Of a stretch of 64,000 bases of DNA, positions 50,435-63,229 are shown piece by piece. Each line of letters begins with the position of its first letter. Position 1 is the first letter of the stretch. This DNA comes from Vicugna vicugna. Lineage: Eukaryota. Location of the stretch: positions 13,228,184 through 13,292,183 of the forward strand of contig MU058844.1 of the NCBI GenBank assembly GCA_013265495.1, in the 5' to 3' direction. Under the pieces are notes generated by a model. The model was not told the DNA's origin. It saw nothing but the letters and a program-made list of their open reading frames with translations, and made no database searches. The position numbers were made by a program, and so were the translations under genes.

Positions 50435-50870
50435 TGGAATTGAATCTAGGTCCCATCTTTTATGTAATCTTGGGTAAGTTATTTGACTTCCATGGATGCT
50501 AGTTTCCTTATCTACAAAGTAGTGATAATAATAGGATCTACCTCCTGGAATACCATGGAGATTCAGTAAGATATTCTATCTACAGTTGACCCTTGAACCA
50601 CGCTGGGGCCAGGGGCACTGACCGACCACACAGTCGATATCCCAGTACTGTTATCTTTGCCTCAAAAACAAAGGAATTGATAAAATGATTTATCTAAGGG
50701 CAGGAAGCTGAAACAGTTTGGATGAAACAGAATTAGGGCTCAAACTCTGATCTCTAATTGCAATCTCTAACTGAGCACAAATTTTCCCCACACTTAGTTC
50801 AAGGGTTGACTATAGATACCTGAAAGCTTGGCAAACAGCAAATGCTCAGTAGATGTTAACTCTGATTTTT
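50435..50870 (+). mobile_element. MIR SINE split by a Tigger MITE
   Basis: Left part tgtaatcttgggtaagttatttgacttc...agtttccttatctacaaagt; right part cttggcaaacagcaaatgctcagtagatgttaact. Confidence 0.75.
50583..50812. mobile_element. Tigger1-like non-autonomous element with TA TSD
   Basis: TIRs cagttgacccttgaac (50583) and gttcaagggttgacta (50797-50812); TA at 50581-50582 and 50813-50814. Confidence 0.8.
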
Positions 50871-51679
50871 ATTTCTTAATCTGCACTTCATATTCTTTCA
50901 GGTTGTCTTTACAGGTATATAACTGATCTGTGTTTGTTGATCTACTAACAATAGGATGTTTACCTGATTGTGACTCATGCTTTATTTCCTATAGCTGACT
51001 ACTTTATATTTGAAAGTGAAAGCAAGAAAATCTTGCTTTTCATAAATCTGCCTGAGTTACCAAACTTCGCTTGACGGGGTGCATTACAGGGGAGTGAGAT
51101 GAAGGAAGGAGTATTTGGGTGGTAAATCTCAATTTCCAAATCCTATTTCTAGCTTTCAATTGTGCAGGAAATCAGTGATTACATTTCTGACACCGATGAC
51201 CTTTTCGCTCCTGACTCATCTCAGATGATGCCGTAAGGAAACCATGGCTCTGGTAAATGAATGTAGAATTTGTTTCTTGGATTTAATAGTGTATGAGTTG
51301 GGACTCTCCAAGCACTAATCTCACTAACAAGGACAATTTCTGATTGCCAATTATTTAGTCTGTATACAATTTGGAAACTTGGGAATGTTTGGATATTCGA
51401 CTGTTTCACAAGCAAGACTATTCATGCTCAGAGAATGTCTGCTGAATCTTCTGATTTGGTTCAGATAACATACAAGCTTATGCAACACTTCTAGAAGATA
51501 TTGAACAACAAAGCAGTGAATCACATGGCTTGATCAGCTCTGCCTTAGGTTAGTCAGGCATTCTTCAAACATTTGTACTCCAGACACACAAATGAATTGT
51601 AATACCATCTCTGTTCTCTTGGGGTGCAATGATAGGTAGTACTTTCATCAGGAAAATATTGTGGTTACAGCAGGAAGCA

Positions 51680-51930
51680 ACCATTTATCCATCGATCCAT
51701 TTATCCATTGATTCAGTAAATATTTATAAAGCATTTATAGGAGCCAGGCACCAAGCTAGTTATAAGTGATTCAACAAAGGCAATGCAGATGCTCCCTGCC
51801 TTCCCAGAGCGTTTAAAACTCATAGTAAGAGATAAAGAATTGAACACAAATTTATAATACAGTGTGATAAATGGAAGATAAAGGAACCGTTTATAGCCCA
51901 TTGGGACACATGCACTATAAAGAAAGGGGC
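51680..51930 (-). mobile_element. LINE-2 3' end
   Basis: ccatttatccattgattcagtaaatatttataaagcatttataggagccaggcacc. Confidence 0.75.
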
Positions 51931-52589
51931 TAGAAGTATGAAAGTTAAATGCTCAATTCAGAAGTGATTTCTTCTTTTTTCTTTTCTTTCATTTTCCCTT
52001 TTTCTCTTCCCTTCCTTTCCCTTCTTTTTGCTTGTGACTGGAAAGATTGGAAGCCCTGGGCAAAACACAGTTCCATTCAAAAGAGGTCATATGAGAGGGT
52101 TGTACCTTTAGACATTTCTTTGGTTATAGGAGCTTGTACAAAAGCAATTAGGAGTACAGACAGAAATAGTAATATAGTTGACATCTTAATTGGAAGAAAA
52201 CATGTATATTAGATAATGGACTTTGAGTGATTGCAGGCACAAAAAGGAAAGAATTTTTTATGATGAGCATATTATCACTGACAATAGGAAACAGCCAAAA
52301 AGGACCTACCTGTATATGAGAACATGATGAAAGAAGATGCAGATTTGGAGTTGGACAAGGGCAAGGCTTCTCTTCTAAGTGGTCCTGGCTAAAGGTTTCC
52401 CTAGTGTTCTGGTGGAGAGGGCATTTATACTTACAATTATTTATGTTTTGCTGTACACATATAGTTAACTGTAAGTAAGTTACATGTATCCAATTATGTT
52501 CATCACAGGGGATTGTATTTCCTTAAATAAAGATTGTCTCATTTTCCTCATCATGTCCTGAGTTAAAATTTTTTTTTTTAATTGTTGGG

Positions 52590-52755
52590 AAATACCTGAA
52601 TCAGATGGAACCAGCCAACAATACTGTGCTAGTAGCCCATGGAGCTTCTGATTTAGTAGTTTTGGGGGAGATAGCTGGAAATGTATTTTGAAAAAGGCTT
52701 CTCAGGTGGTTCTGATGTAGCTACTCTGCCTTGGGTGACTGTTTTAGGACCACTA
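52590..52755. mobile_element. MER5-like hAT MITE
   Basis: ttctgatttagtagttttggggg...gaaatgtattttgaaaaaggcttctcaggtggttctgatg...ttaggaccact. Confidence 0.6.
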
Positions 52756-53389
52756 TAACAGGTTAACTGTCGAGCTCTCATTTATTTCCATTTTTAGATG
52801 AGTCACTCACATGAAAACTCAAAAATAGATTTATATCAATGGCAATTAAAAGTTCTAATTGCCTTCCTTGGTCCCATCCTCTTTTCTTTCATGTCTTCCA
52901 CATTTTTCATTGAACCCTGAAATTTGTAGATACACTGTGATCACCTTGTCTAAACCTGGCTTTGAGATGAGAGAAGATAAATAAATGATTTAGAGTAATT
53001 ACTTACTCATTTAGCCCAACACATTTTCCTGGAAGAGCCTCAGGGTCAGGTAACAATTCACAAGCAGAACTACTTTACAGTAAACACAACGTGGTTGAAA
53101 AGGAGCAGAGCAGCAGAAAGTCTGCTGAAATCAGCACATTGTGTAGCTGGTGTTTTCAGACCCGCCTTCTTGTAGGCTCTTCTAGTCAGCTCTGCCCCAT
53201 TTCATGGCACGCAACTCAGCTTCCAGGTCCTGGCAGGCTTCTCACTGTGGCCCCTTGGTTTGGCAGTTTGGCAATGGCTTTCCTTCTAGGGTTGGGGCAT
53301 ATCTGAGCCACTCCCAGCTTGGACTTAGCCTGTCAATCCCCTTGGCCCTCTCCTGGCTTCCTGGTACCCAGGCTCCTTCCCTAGGCAAG

Positions 53390-53560
53390 TGACCTTTCGG
53401 AGTCACAGCCCTCCCCCCAGAACTCTTTTTTCCAGTGTTTGATCGGCTTCAAAACCAAATAATTCCTCCCTTATGTTCAGCTGAGATCTCTTTTGTCATA
53501 ACATGACTGTTATCTCTTTATCTGGCCTTCTGAGGACCCATATCCTCACAGGACCCAATT
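53390..53560 (-). mobile_element. L3/CR1 LINE fragment
   Basis: tttccagtgtttgatcggc...aattcctcccttatgttcagctgagatctc...tctggccttctgagg resembles reversed L3. Confidence 0.5.
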
Positions 53561-54799
53561 TCTGTTCCTTTGATACTCTCTCTTACTCTTCTCTTACCCC
53601 CTTGCTTTTTTCTTATAGGAATTCATGAGTATAAAGCACTTGGAATAGTGCCTGATACACACACATGTAGGTGTTATGTCTATTTTTTATTATTTTCTTT
53701 ACATCCTTCTATGGTGCTGTGAACAGAGGTAGACTTAACTCTCTGATAACTAAGTGATTTCTCTAATAAGAATCAGAGTAAGAAGGACTGTCACATTCCT
53801 TTTACTTCATCACACACTGACTTCTGCTTTTCTCCTTCGTACCTCCGACCCTCAACCTTACACACCTCAGCTAAATTGCTAGCTTTGCATTTGTTTTCAA
53901 TAACAATGACCTCCATATATATTTTTACCCCTCCTTTATTTGTCACTGGCGAGTCCTTTCTCCTCCTGTTAATTATGTCTGTTTTGGCGGGAATTTGCGA
54001 TAAAAGACATACCAATGTAGTTTCCACTTTCATTTTCTATAAAAATTGCTTATTGTGCCATAATTTGTTTATGATAGGAAGTTATGGTTAAGTGAACGCT
54101 TATATACATTTACATTGCCCGGAAGCATTGTTTGTAGAAAAGCCGGTGTTTTCAGTTTTATTTCCCCAGGTCTTTTTTTCAGTCTAAAGGAAAACCTTCC
54201 TCTGTAAGATTCATCACATAAATACAATGTGATCAATAAGTTTGCCGTGAAAAAATTTTGAGGTGTGATATGAAACATCTTGTGTTGGCAAGAGACCTCT
54301 TACGATAAGACTCTTACCATATGAAGACAGAGGCCCTGCTGTAATTTTGGCAAGAGTCAAGGTGGGGACCAGAGGTTGGTGGGTTAATTGATGAAGTCTG
54401 CTAAAGCTGGGAATTAAAATGAAGATCTATAAATATCTATAGATCTTAAGCTTTTTCATTTAAGTTTACAAGGCATGGCTTATATTTTACTGTAAGTCCC
54501 CACTTTTCCTTGCTATGAGTTCATTGTTTGGAGTTCCATGTCCTCGTTCCTATATAAACCACTCTTATGCATCATTTACCACATCCGATTTCAACTTCCT
54601 TAAAGTGGAACAAGGTCTTAAAAACCCTTGTAAAGTAAACCGACTATAGTCTCTGTCTAGAGTTTTCAAATATTTTTCTTCCTACTTTCGACAATTGTTT
54701 TACCCACACCTATATGAAAGGCAATTTTTGAAGCAACTCATTTTTGAGTTTTTGTGAGACACTGAACTGAATTTTTATAGGAACAACCTTTTCCTCTTA

Positions 54800-54925
54800 T
54801 TTTTTAACTTTTTTTATTGAGCTACAGTCAGTTTCCAATGTTGTGTCAAATTCCAGTGTAGAGCACGATTTCTCAGTTCGACATGAACATGCGTACATTC
54901 ATTGTCGCATTTTTTTTCGCTGTGA
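54800..54925 (-). mobile_element. Lineage-specific LINE-1 3' terminus, 5'-truncated
   Basis: T-tail then ttattgagctacagtcagtttccaatgttgtgtcaaattccagtgtagagca; several CpGs retained, suggesting a young age. Confidence 0.75.
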
Positions 54926-56214
54926 GTCCTTTTTACGTTTATATAGTATCAGATGACATGATATTTACTCCACGTAATTCTGATGGCAAATACAATCGGC
55001 ATAAACATGTCTGGGATCGAAGACAAGTAATCCTTTATAGCTCAGCTGATGGGCACAGAAGTGCAGGGGCTGCTGGGAAAGTCTCTGTGTGATTACTGGT
55101 TAGTGGTTTTAAAGAGGGACACAGATTGTTAGGTGTAACCACATATCATGGTTTGTACCTACTGCCCTAGCTTAACTATTAAGAGCTCCCTTTTCATTAT
55201 TCAAGAGGTCGTTCAAGGGTAATAAACTACATGATCATCCCTAGTGTTGGTTAAAATCCAGTTAGACTGGTGAAGTGGAGCTAAAAGTTGGTTAAGAGAG
55301 TTTCTACTGAATTTGGTTAACGTTTCCTCCTAGCTGACTTGACAAGGCCTCTAAATCTTTGCCAGCTGGTTGGTGACATTGGAGTTGCTGAGAAGGTAGA
55401 GTTCTTGTTTCAGACTGGGAATGGGGACCAGAGCCACTGAGTGGCCCAGATGGCTGCCGAGAGGCTCTGTGGAGGGCTTCCCAGGTGGGGCTGCTGTGGT
55501 GGGGCAGCTCTTCCAGGCAGGCAGGTATTAGAAGCAGGTAATAACTGTGAGCATCATAGATGACTTTCATTAACGTGGGAATCTAAAGTATAGCAGTTTT
55601 CTCTGTGTGCATGTGTGTTTGTGTTTTACTGGTAAATGTGGTTTACTGAAAATGATAATAATAAAAGCTCCTCTTTTTACTTTCTGTCCGTGTTTCTGGG
55701 GCAGGGTCTCCTCAGCCTCATCCATTTTCTTCATCTCTGCCGTCGCCTTCCTGCATCCTCCCTTCCTCAGTCCCTCCTTCTCTTGGTCCCCTTCCAACGC
55801 TGCTTGTTGCTTCTATTCAACACTGGCCCCAGAGAGGATGCTGACCCCCAGTCTGTTCTATCTTATCGAGAGCCAACCTGGCTCCAGCCAGCAGGCTGAT
55901 TCCTGAGAACTGCTGCCCGCCACCTCCGCCTCTTCATGCTCCCCTCCTCTCACACACACTCACCTTCTTTGCCACATGACCTCTCTGCTGGTTCTATGCC
56001 TGGAGGACAACTCCAAAGCTACAGTCCTCAGAATGGAGTAAGCCTGGAGTTGGCTCTAACCCTGGCATCCAGAAGATCTGACCCTTCGCTCTATAATGCT
56101 CTGTGTGGTCTGGAGTTGAGCACTGAGCTTGGGTAGGGGCAGGAGGGCCATTGTGGAAACATTCATGGGGCCTGAATTCTTCAACTGCATTAAGTGCTTT
56201 TTAACATCTTGACT

Positions 56215-56460
56215 CAGTTTCAGATTAGCCAGTCATCGAGTATTTGCTGTATACTAGTTCAGTACTGATTACTTTTATAAGTACTAGAACATTTATCCTC
56301 ACAAAAATCCTTTGAGCTAATATTACACACACATACACACACATGTATGCACACACATTATTTTTAAACAGACAAAAAATCAGAAGGTATAAAGAAACGT
56401 GTACATGGTCACACAGAGAGCACGTGTGGTCCCCAGATTTAAACCCTATGCCTTTGACTT
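56215..56460 (-). mobile_element. MIR fragment with internal (CA)-rich tract
   Basis: tttatcctcacaaaaatcctttgag...attttaaacagacaaaaaatcagaagg...ggtcacacag...gatttaaaccc. Confidence 0.6.
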
Positions 56461-56929
56461 GGCACCTTCTTCCCTTCGTGTCCCTCTTCTGTAAAGGATT
56501 GTTCAGAGAGGGTTGCTATTTACACACAGTAAGTAAAGAGATCAATAGTATGGTTTTCAGGCTTTCAGAATGAAATCATAAAACCTATTATTTAAGTGAC
56601 ATCTTGTGAGGGAGCTCAAAATCTAAAATGGCTAAAATACAAAGCTGGTCTAAGCAGGTGGAGGGGGTCTGCAGTCATCTCCATTACTTTCCTACCTCCC
56701 ATCACTACAGCCCCTCAAAGCTGGCTGAGGAGCGCAGCAACACCGAATTAGTGTAATCATGCAAATGCACCCATTTCATTCACATGGCTCTGAAAGGGCA
56801 TGTGGTGGGAGATCACCCCTGCCCTTGCCAGCCAGCACCGAGCTCCCTCTCTGGAAGCAGTGAGTTGACACCTCCACGTTCAACTTCTGGTGATTCCATA
56901 TCTGTGCAAAGCAAATGCATATCTGTTCT

Positions 56930-57029
56930 TTTTCCTTTTTTTTTTTTTCTTAAATGGAGGTACTGGGGATTAAACTCAGGACCTTGTGCATGCTAAGCAT
57001 ATGCTCTGCTACTGAGCTATAATCCTCCC
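56930..57029 (-). mobile_element. tRNA-Ala-derived SINE, vic-1-like, second and more diverged copy
   Basis: Plus strand tggaggtactggggattaaactcaggaccttgtgcatgctaagcatatgctctgctactgagctataatcctccc, preceded by poly-T. Confidence 0.88.
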
Positions 57030-57799
57030 ATACTTTAAAACATTTATTTATTTTTCCATATGTATTCTAGTTTTTTTTTTTTTTTTACTTTTTTTGGTGA
57101 ACAGATCAATATAATTTGCATTTACGATCTTATTAAGTTTCTCAATCATCCTTTGGAGTCCCAAAGACCAAAACAATATTATGTTTAAGGTACTTTGACA
57201 AGTGGAGGCAGTGCAGTAGGTTGACCAGCCAGCTCTGTTTTCCTGTGGCTGAGGGATTTCCTGGGACACCAGACTCCCAGTGCTGAAACTGCAGCAGTCG
57301 CAGGAAAACTGGGACAGTCGGCCATAAAGCTGTGAGGTCACAAGAACTGGCCCCAAGGACCGCTCTCCATGGTACCCCCAAATCACTACTCTTATGACCT
57401 GGCCAGTTGGTTCCTGGTCCCTGTGATCAGGTGAACTGCAAGTAGTTTAAGGAGTCTAGTCAACACTGCTCCTTTATTCCTGGCCTTGAACTTGATCTGA
57501 AAACCGAGGACAAATGTGGCCATTTCAAGGACATTAAAAAGCAAGGCTTTTTGTTTTTAAAGCATAGTTAGAACATGGACATTATCTCTTTTTCTTCTAT
57601 TCTCAAGCTATTTTTAAGGAAGATTAATAGCTAAAGCTATTTTAAGATTATCTAATAGAAAAGCATTTTTTGAATTGTTATTTTCTGTGGATTTCATTTA
57701 TTCTTTACATGTTTCTTTGTTGGGCATAAATAAGTAAGAGCTGGCTAAAACAAACACCCCCAAAGCCTCTCATTAGTTGCAAAGTATAGGAAGTTGTAT

Positions 57800-57995
57800 T
57801 AACTGACAGTGTGATTAAATGGAAAAAAAAAAGATTTCTGAGTTGCTTATGGTCTGTAAGACACAGGAAAGTCCCTTAAACTCTCAGATCCCAAGCTGTT
57901 TCTTTGCCTCAGTGGAGATAACTACACCTGCCTAACAGGATTAGTGTGATATGTCAAAGTGCTTGGCAAATTGTGTTTGCTTGATAAATGTGAGT
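57800..57995 (+). mobile_element. MIR fragment
   Basis: ggaaagtcccttaaactctc...tggagataactacacctgcctaacagg...aaagtgcttggcaaattgt. Confidence 0.6.
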
Positions 57996-58104
57996 TTCTT
58001 TTCTCCCTGGCATGGTCACGTTTCTGCTTAGTCCAATGTTCTTATTAGTAGAAAGTTATCAATATGTAAAGAGTGAAGTATGTTCACCATTAAAAATGCG
58101 CCAA

Positions 58105-58248
58105 ACAGGCATAGAGGCATGAGGGAACTTCCTGGCTGATGAAGATATTCTGTATTTAATCTGAATAACAGTAATGTAGGGGATCGCCATGCTGTATACT
58201 AAATATTTAGGTATTTTATTGTATGTAGATTAATCTTCAATTTTAAAA
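58105..58248 (+). mobile_element. Old LINE-1 3' terminus
   Basis: gcatgagggaacttcctggctgatgaagatattctgtattt...ttttattgtatgtagattaatcttcaat. Confidence 0.7.
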
Positions 58249-59423
58249 AGTACTCCAAAAGTAAACTTTGTTTTTACTGATTTATATGATTTTTTTAAAG
58301 TGGGAGAAGGGTCCTAACCATAGAAATTTATTTCTACTTTACTCTTAGTAGGAAAGAAATATCATTTATTAGAGTGTTTAGTAATTAAAATATTCAGACT
58401 AATATTAAAATGCATACTAATATATATGTGTATATATATACATGCATACACACATGTATAGTTAACATTAACAGAGTGGTGAACATTGCTATATTCTGTG
58501 TGCATTGGGGAGAAATGGTGCTCACTCAAGGTCTAAGTCAGTTGCATTTTACATTCTCCATGGATTACATGGTAAAATATTGCTTTTATTTTCACTTCAG
58601 CTAACCAAACTTTTACAGTAGTTTAGTTATTATCCAATATTTGGATTTGAGGAAAGTGGCCAAAGTCTGTACTCTATGGAGCAATGGCCTGATAAATGAT
58701 TTTGGGAAATGGATTTGGAAAAAGCCTTTGGGCACTGAGCCTATGCAGAACTCACAGGCCCCTGGTGACAACACTAAGCACAAAGCACAATTGGGTTAAA
58801 AAGGAGGAAAACACTGGCGTTTTGCAATGAAGTTTTACATTGCACCATTTATTGTAATCTCTTGCTCTCTTTGTGGCATCCTGTGTTTAAGGAATTAATG
58901 TTATCATCTATTTCCAGAAATGGTCTGGATAACTTCTTGGAAACCCTTCCCACGCATTTGTATTTTGGTATCTCTCCATTATTTCCCACTTAGGCAGACT
59001 GACCACAGGGACACTGGGAAACTCTCTGGCTCTGGAATGCACCAGCCTCCTACTTTCACATGCCAGAGACACACGTGGGATTATCTAGAAAGGGAAGGAA
59101 GGAGTTGTGATATGGAGGGGAAGCTAAATATAGCACTTGGCTCAAAGGAGGGAAATGTAACCATCACCACCACCACCTCCACCACCACCTGGTATCATGG
59201 GGAGAGGGAGAGATTTGAGGGCGCTGCCTGAGATCATCTCATGAGATACAGTGTCCAATTCCCTGGTTGGTGGTGACAGGTGATCTCAGAATGTTAGTGG
59301 GCAGCAAGCCCAGAGAGCAGTCATTCTATATTGGAACAGAAGAGTGGAAGCTCTGAAGAGGCAAGGATGTTTCTAAGAAAATGTAAAACAGAGAGAGGTG
59401 TTCAATCTATTAAAAAGAGGTTT

Positions 59424-59454
59424 TATATATATATATATATATATTTTTTTTTTT
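59424..59454. repeat. (TA)n plus poly-T
   Basis: Direct reading. Confidence 0.92.
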
Positions 59455-60333
59455 CGGTAGAGAATTTGCAGATGAATTAGAGATTACTGAAAAACTAAGC
59501 AAGGGGGAAAAACAATGACTAATTCTAAGAAAAACAAAGTTTACAAGAAAGGAAATATAGAAAACTACATGATGCAGCTGTGAATAAATATTGTGTAATC
59601 ATGATAATACTGAGAACCGATTTAACTCCCGAAAATTCTATTGGGAAGATGAGTGGCAAAGCAAAAGTTGTGTGTGTGTGTATGTGTGTATTTGTGTATG
59701 GGTGTTGCATTACATGAAAGCTAATTTCTCATTTTCAATAGTATGGTGTCAACAGATAACATCTAAATTGAAAAAAATCAAGAAACAGCTGTGTAAGTAG
59801 ACTATTTTAGAAACATGGAGGTAAGAAAGTGTTATAAGAACTGAAAGTAATTATTCTCAGGAAACTGGGAATAAGAATATAACCTTGGTAACTGAAATTA
59901 AGTTAAAAATTACCCCAATTTGGTCTTAAGTCAGTCCAGCCAATTCACCTTTTAAAATTAAAGCCTTTCCTGAAGACATTAATGTGTGCAGAGATGTAGG
60001 GCAGCCAGCAAGTAAGAATTTTCATTGAGAGTGGAAAACAGAGCCCAGCATTCCTGTATAGTTAATTAATACTGTGGTGCACGGACATCTCAAAACGGAC
60101 TCTGGTTAGAATAGAAAGGCCTAGGAAGTGACTGGTGACTTTTGCAACATTCCACTTTTCTTCTGGAGGCTGTTCAAGATTTGAATCTGCAAGAAAGTAT
60201 CTCACCAGATCCCGAGAGCTGGAGAATGTAGTCGGAGTGCAAAATTGTGGCCAAAACATCTACACTGTGAATTGGATCCCACTGTTAACGTGTAGCCTCT
60301 CAATATGCTTCTCAGCCCCTCTGGGGAGTTATC

Positions 60334-60700
60334 TGTAGTGGGTTGTAAGTACTCCACATATTTTCCCCAATTGCAGATTCTTGCAGGGCCCATCTGTGAC
60401 TATGCAGAATCATCCCTGCTCCCTTCTGTGCTTGCCTCCTATCACAGGGCTAGAGACCTAGGAACTACATTTCCAGAATCCCTTGCCATAGTGTCTCAGA
60501 TCCTGTCATTGGGAGGTACTTGTGAGGGATCTGGAGGCAGAAGTGATGCATACGGTTCCCCCAGCAGCAGGAAATGTGAAGTCACAGGGGAGATGTGAAG
60601 GCTTTACTGAGAATGATCTGTAGTGGTGTCGTGGGCAGCTGTCATCACTGCTGGTAGGTAACTTGGGATTCAGGCAACTTCTCGATTCTCTGAAGCAAGG
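60334..60700 (+). mobile_element. Old ERVL-class LTR (LTR40/41-like)
   Basis: Starts tgtagtggg; contains aactacatttccagaatcccttgc...gatctggaggcagaagtga. Confidence 0.5.
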
Positions 60701-60744
60701 GCAAACCTGAGAACTAGGGATGTGTCTACCTAAACCTTGGCTTC

Positions 60745-60960
60745 ACAAACACCTAGATTCAAATCCTGACTCATCTGTTTTAAAAACTATGTAAGGCCCT
60801 GCACTAGGATTTTTTAAAAATTCTTGATGTATTTTTTTCAACTGTATAATAAGATAGTATCATTTACCTCACAGATGATGGAGAATAAAGATAATACATG
60901 TAAAAATGCCCAGCAGGAGACCTGTCACCAGAGTAGGTGCTGAATAAATGGTAGCTACTG
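60745..60960 (+). mobile_element. MIR SINE
   Basis: cctagattcaaatcctgactc...tacctcacag...gataatacatgtaaaaatgcccagca...gtaggtgctgaataaatggtagcta. Confidence 0.8.
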
Positions 60961-62612
60961 CAAGTCTTATTTTTATCCTCTGCTTGCCACCTGCCACTGT
61001 TGTTATTTATGCTATAGCCGCTGTGCAATCACCAGGCAAGAACCCGTGTGCAGGGTGCTGGGTTGAGCAGCTGGGGTAGCTCGCCCACTCCTTCTTCCAT
61101 AAGCTTCTCCTCTCCAGAAAGCTGGGATGCCCACATCTTCTCTCTGCCTCAGAGTAAAAGCCTCAGCCTACTAGATACCCAGACCCGTCTGTGTGTAGGA
61201 GACCAGGACTGATCAACTTGGCTGTAACATTGGCACATGTGTTTTGTTTTTTTTGCCTTTCCTAGCTTGCTTCTTTCAATAACCCAAGGACGGCAGTGGC
61301 CCCTACCTTTTTCTCCATGTGATGAGCTGACATGTAATTGATATCCTTGGTTCTGCTGCTTTTGGGGGGTGGCCAGTCACATTCTCCTACTGTCTTGAGG
61401 TCTCCATGCTTGACCTAGACTCCTTCTTACACATTTGGGGGCTTTCACAACAAATCTCATTGCAAGGCAGAGCCCTTTCTAGGCGAACTTTATAGAATTC
61501 CTGATTTGGAGAACCTCTGTCCCACCCCACCCCCCTTTTATATGTGAAACACCAGATGTTCTAGCTGATGAACCCGATAAGTGAGTTTTTTCCCCTCATT
61601 GATTTAAAAAATTGTACCCTTTCGCTATACGGCAGATGATCGAGCACTTTAAAATATATAATTAATTTAAGTGTTTACTGAAACCAACAAGCAGGCAAAA
61701 TAAATGTAAATGAAGGAGGAGATCTATAGAAACAGTCTGAAAACAGCCATCTCTTCCTGGGCCGACTTAACTCTAAAGTCTAAGAAACTGGGAGTCCTTG
61801 TGGATCGAGGAGGTAGCCAGTCCAGACACGGAGGTCACCACACTTAGCATGAAGCGTCTTCTTCCCTCTTGCTTAAACGGCAGATTTCTAGCAGAAATTT
61901 CTAGCCTCTCTCTGTCTTCAAGAAATATGGACAAACAGGGAGAGAGGAAAAAAAAGAATTTATAGAGTTAAAAGTTGTGGTATCATGTCTATTTCATTCG
62001 CTCCACTATTTGTAATTTCTTCTCTTTCTGTTTACAATTTCCAAAGGCTCTGAATGAAGCAGATCCTAGGGGAAGGCACGATGCTGTGGGAGGAAAGGGC
62101 GTGACCCAAGTCTCTTCCCTGTCCTTCACCGGAGACCCAAAACTAGGATGATGGCCTGTGATGCTGTAGCAGTGTCTGCTTTCTTGCTGGATGACCTGTA
62201 ACTAAAAGTGAATCAAAACAAAACATCTTCATTAAGAGTTTTGTTTCCATGAATGAAAAACATAAAATATCCCTTACTTTCAGGTGCAGGATTTGGCATG
62301 AAAGTTAAAACCCCAAATAATCAAATACACACCTCTTTACTCTATTGTGGTAAGAACCATGGAAAGAGAAGGACAGGGGCAAGCAGGAAGGTAACTGCAG
62401 GGTTTTCTATTTGGAGGTCCTCGTGTTCGTTAAATCTGTCTCTTTGGCAGTTCATGTTAATTTGGGATGTATTTGGCAGCACTACAGTAATTACCTGCTA
62501 TTCATAGATCTTCTGTGACTTTAAAAAGCCTCCCATGATCTTTAGCTGGGGCATCAGAACAGCAGGCTGGGATGAGTGGGGATGTCAAATTTTTTGGTCA
62601 GGGACAGGAAGT

Positions 62613-62834
62613 GGGAGGGAGGCAACCTATAGTCTGTGAGCCGGATCCAGCCTGCTACCTGTTTTTGTAGATAAAGTTTTATTGGAACCCAGCCATTCCC
62701 CTTGTTTGCACATTGTCTATGGCTTCTTTTTTGCAACAGTGGCAAAGTTGAGTACTTGTGACATAGATCTTGTGACCCACAAAGCCAAACATATTTACTA
62801 TCTGACCTTCACAGGAAAAGTTTTCCAGCCTCTG
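62613..62834 (+). mobile_element. MER58A-like hAT-Charlie MITE
   Basis: cctgtttttgtagataaagttttattggaacccagcca...gcaaagttgagtacttgtgaca...atatttactatctgaccttcacaggaaaagttt. Confidence 0.88.
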
Positions 62835-63229
62835 GTCCGGGATAAAGTGTTGCTGGAGCTAGACTCCTTACATTCAACTGCGTAAAGTTAAGCCCAGGGC
62901 TCAAATTGATTCTTGAATTGACATTCATATCACCCTACGTGGGTTTGAGGAAGAGTGGGCTTCCGAGATTTGTTGAAGTGAGTGAATTACTTGCTAGCCC
63001 CTAGATGCCAAGCAAATGAACCTGAAAACTGAACTCCTTTTTTCTTTCTGGGATGAGATGGAAATATTTTAAGAAGGCTTGACAGATGAAGAGCCTTTAT
63101 GATTTGTGAGGAAGATGAATACTAGAATATAAGATTAGTTATAATTAGGCAAATTTACATTATAAAATCAAAGCACTATTTTTAAAAAGCACCTTCATGC
63201 CTGTGTCTCCTGGGTCTTCCTCTAAGGAC

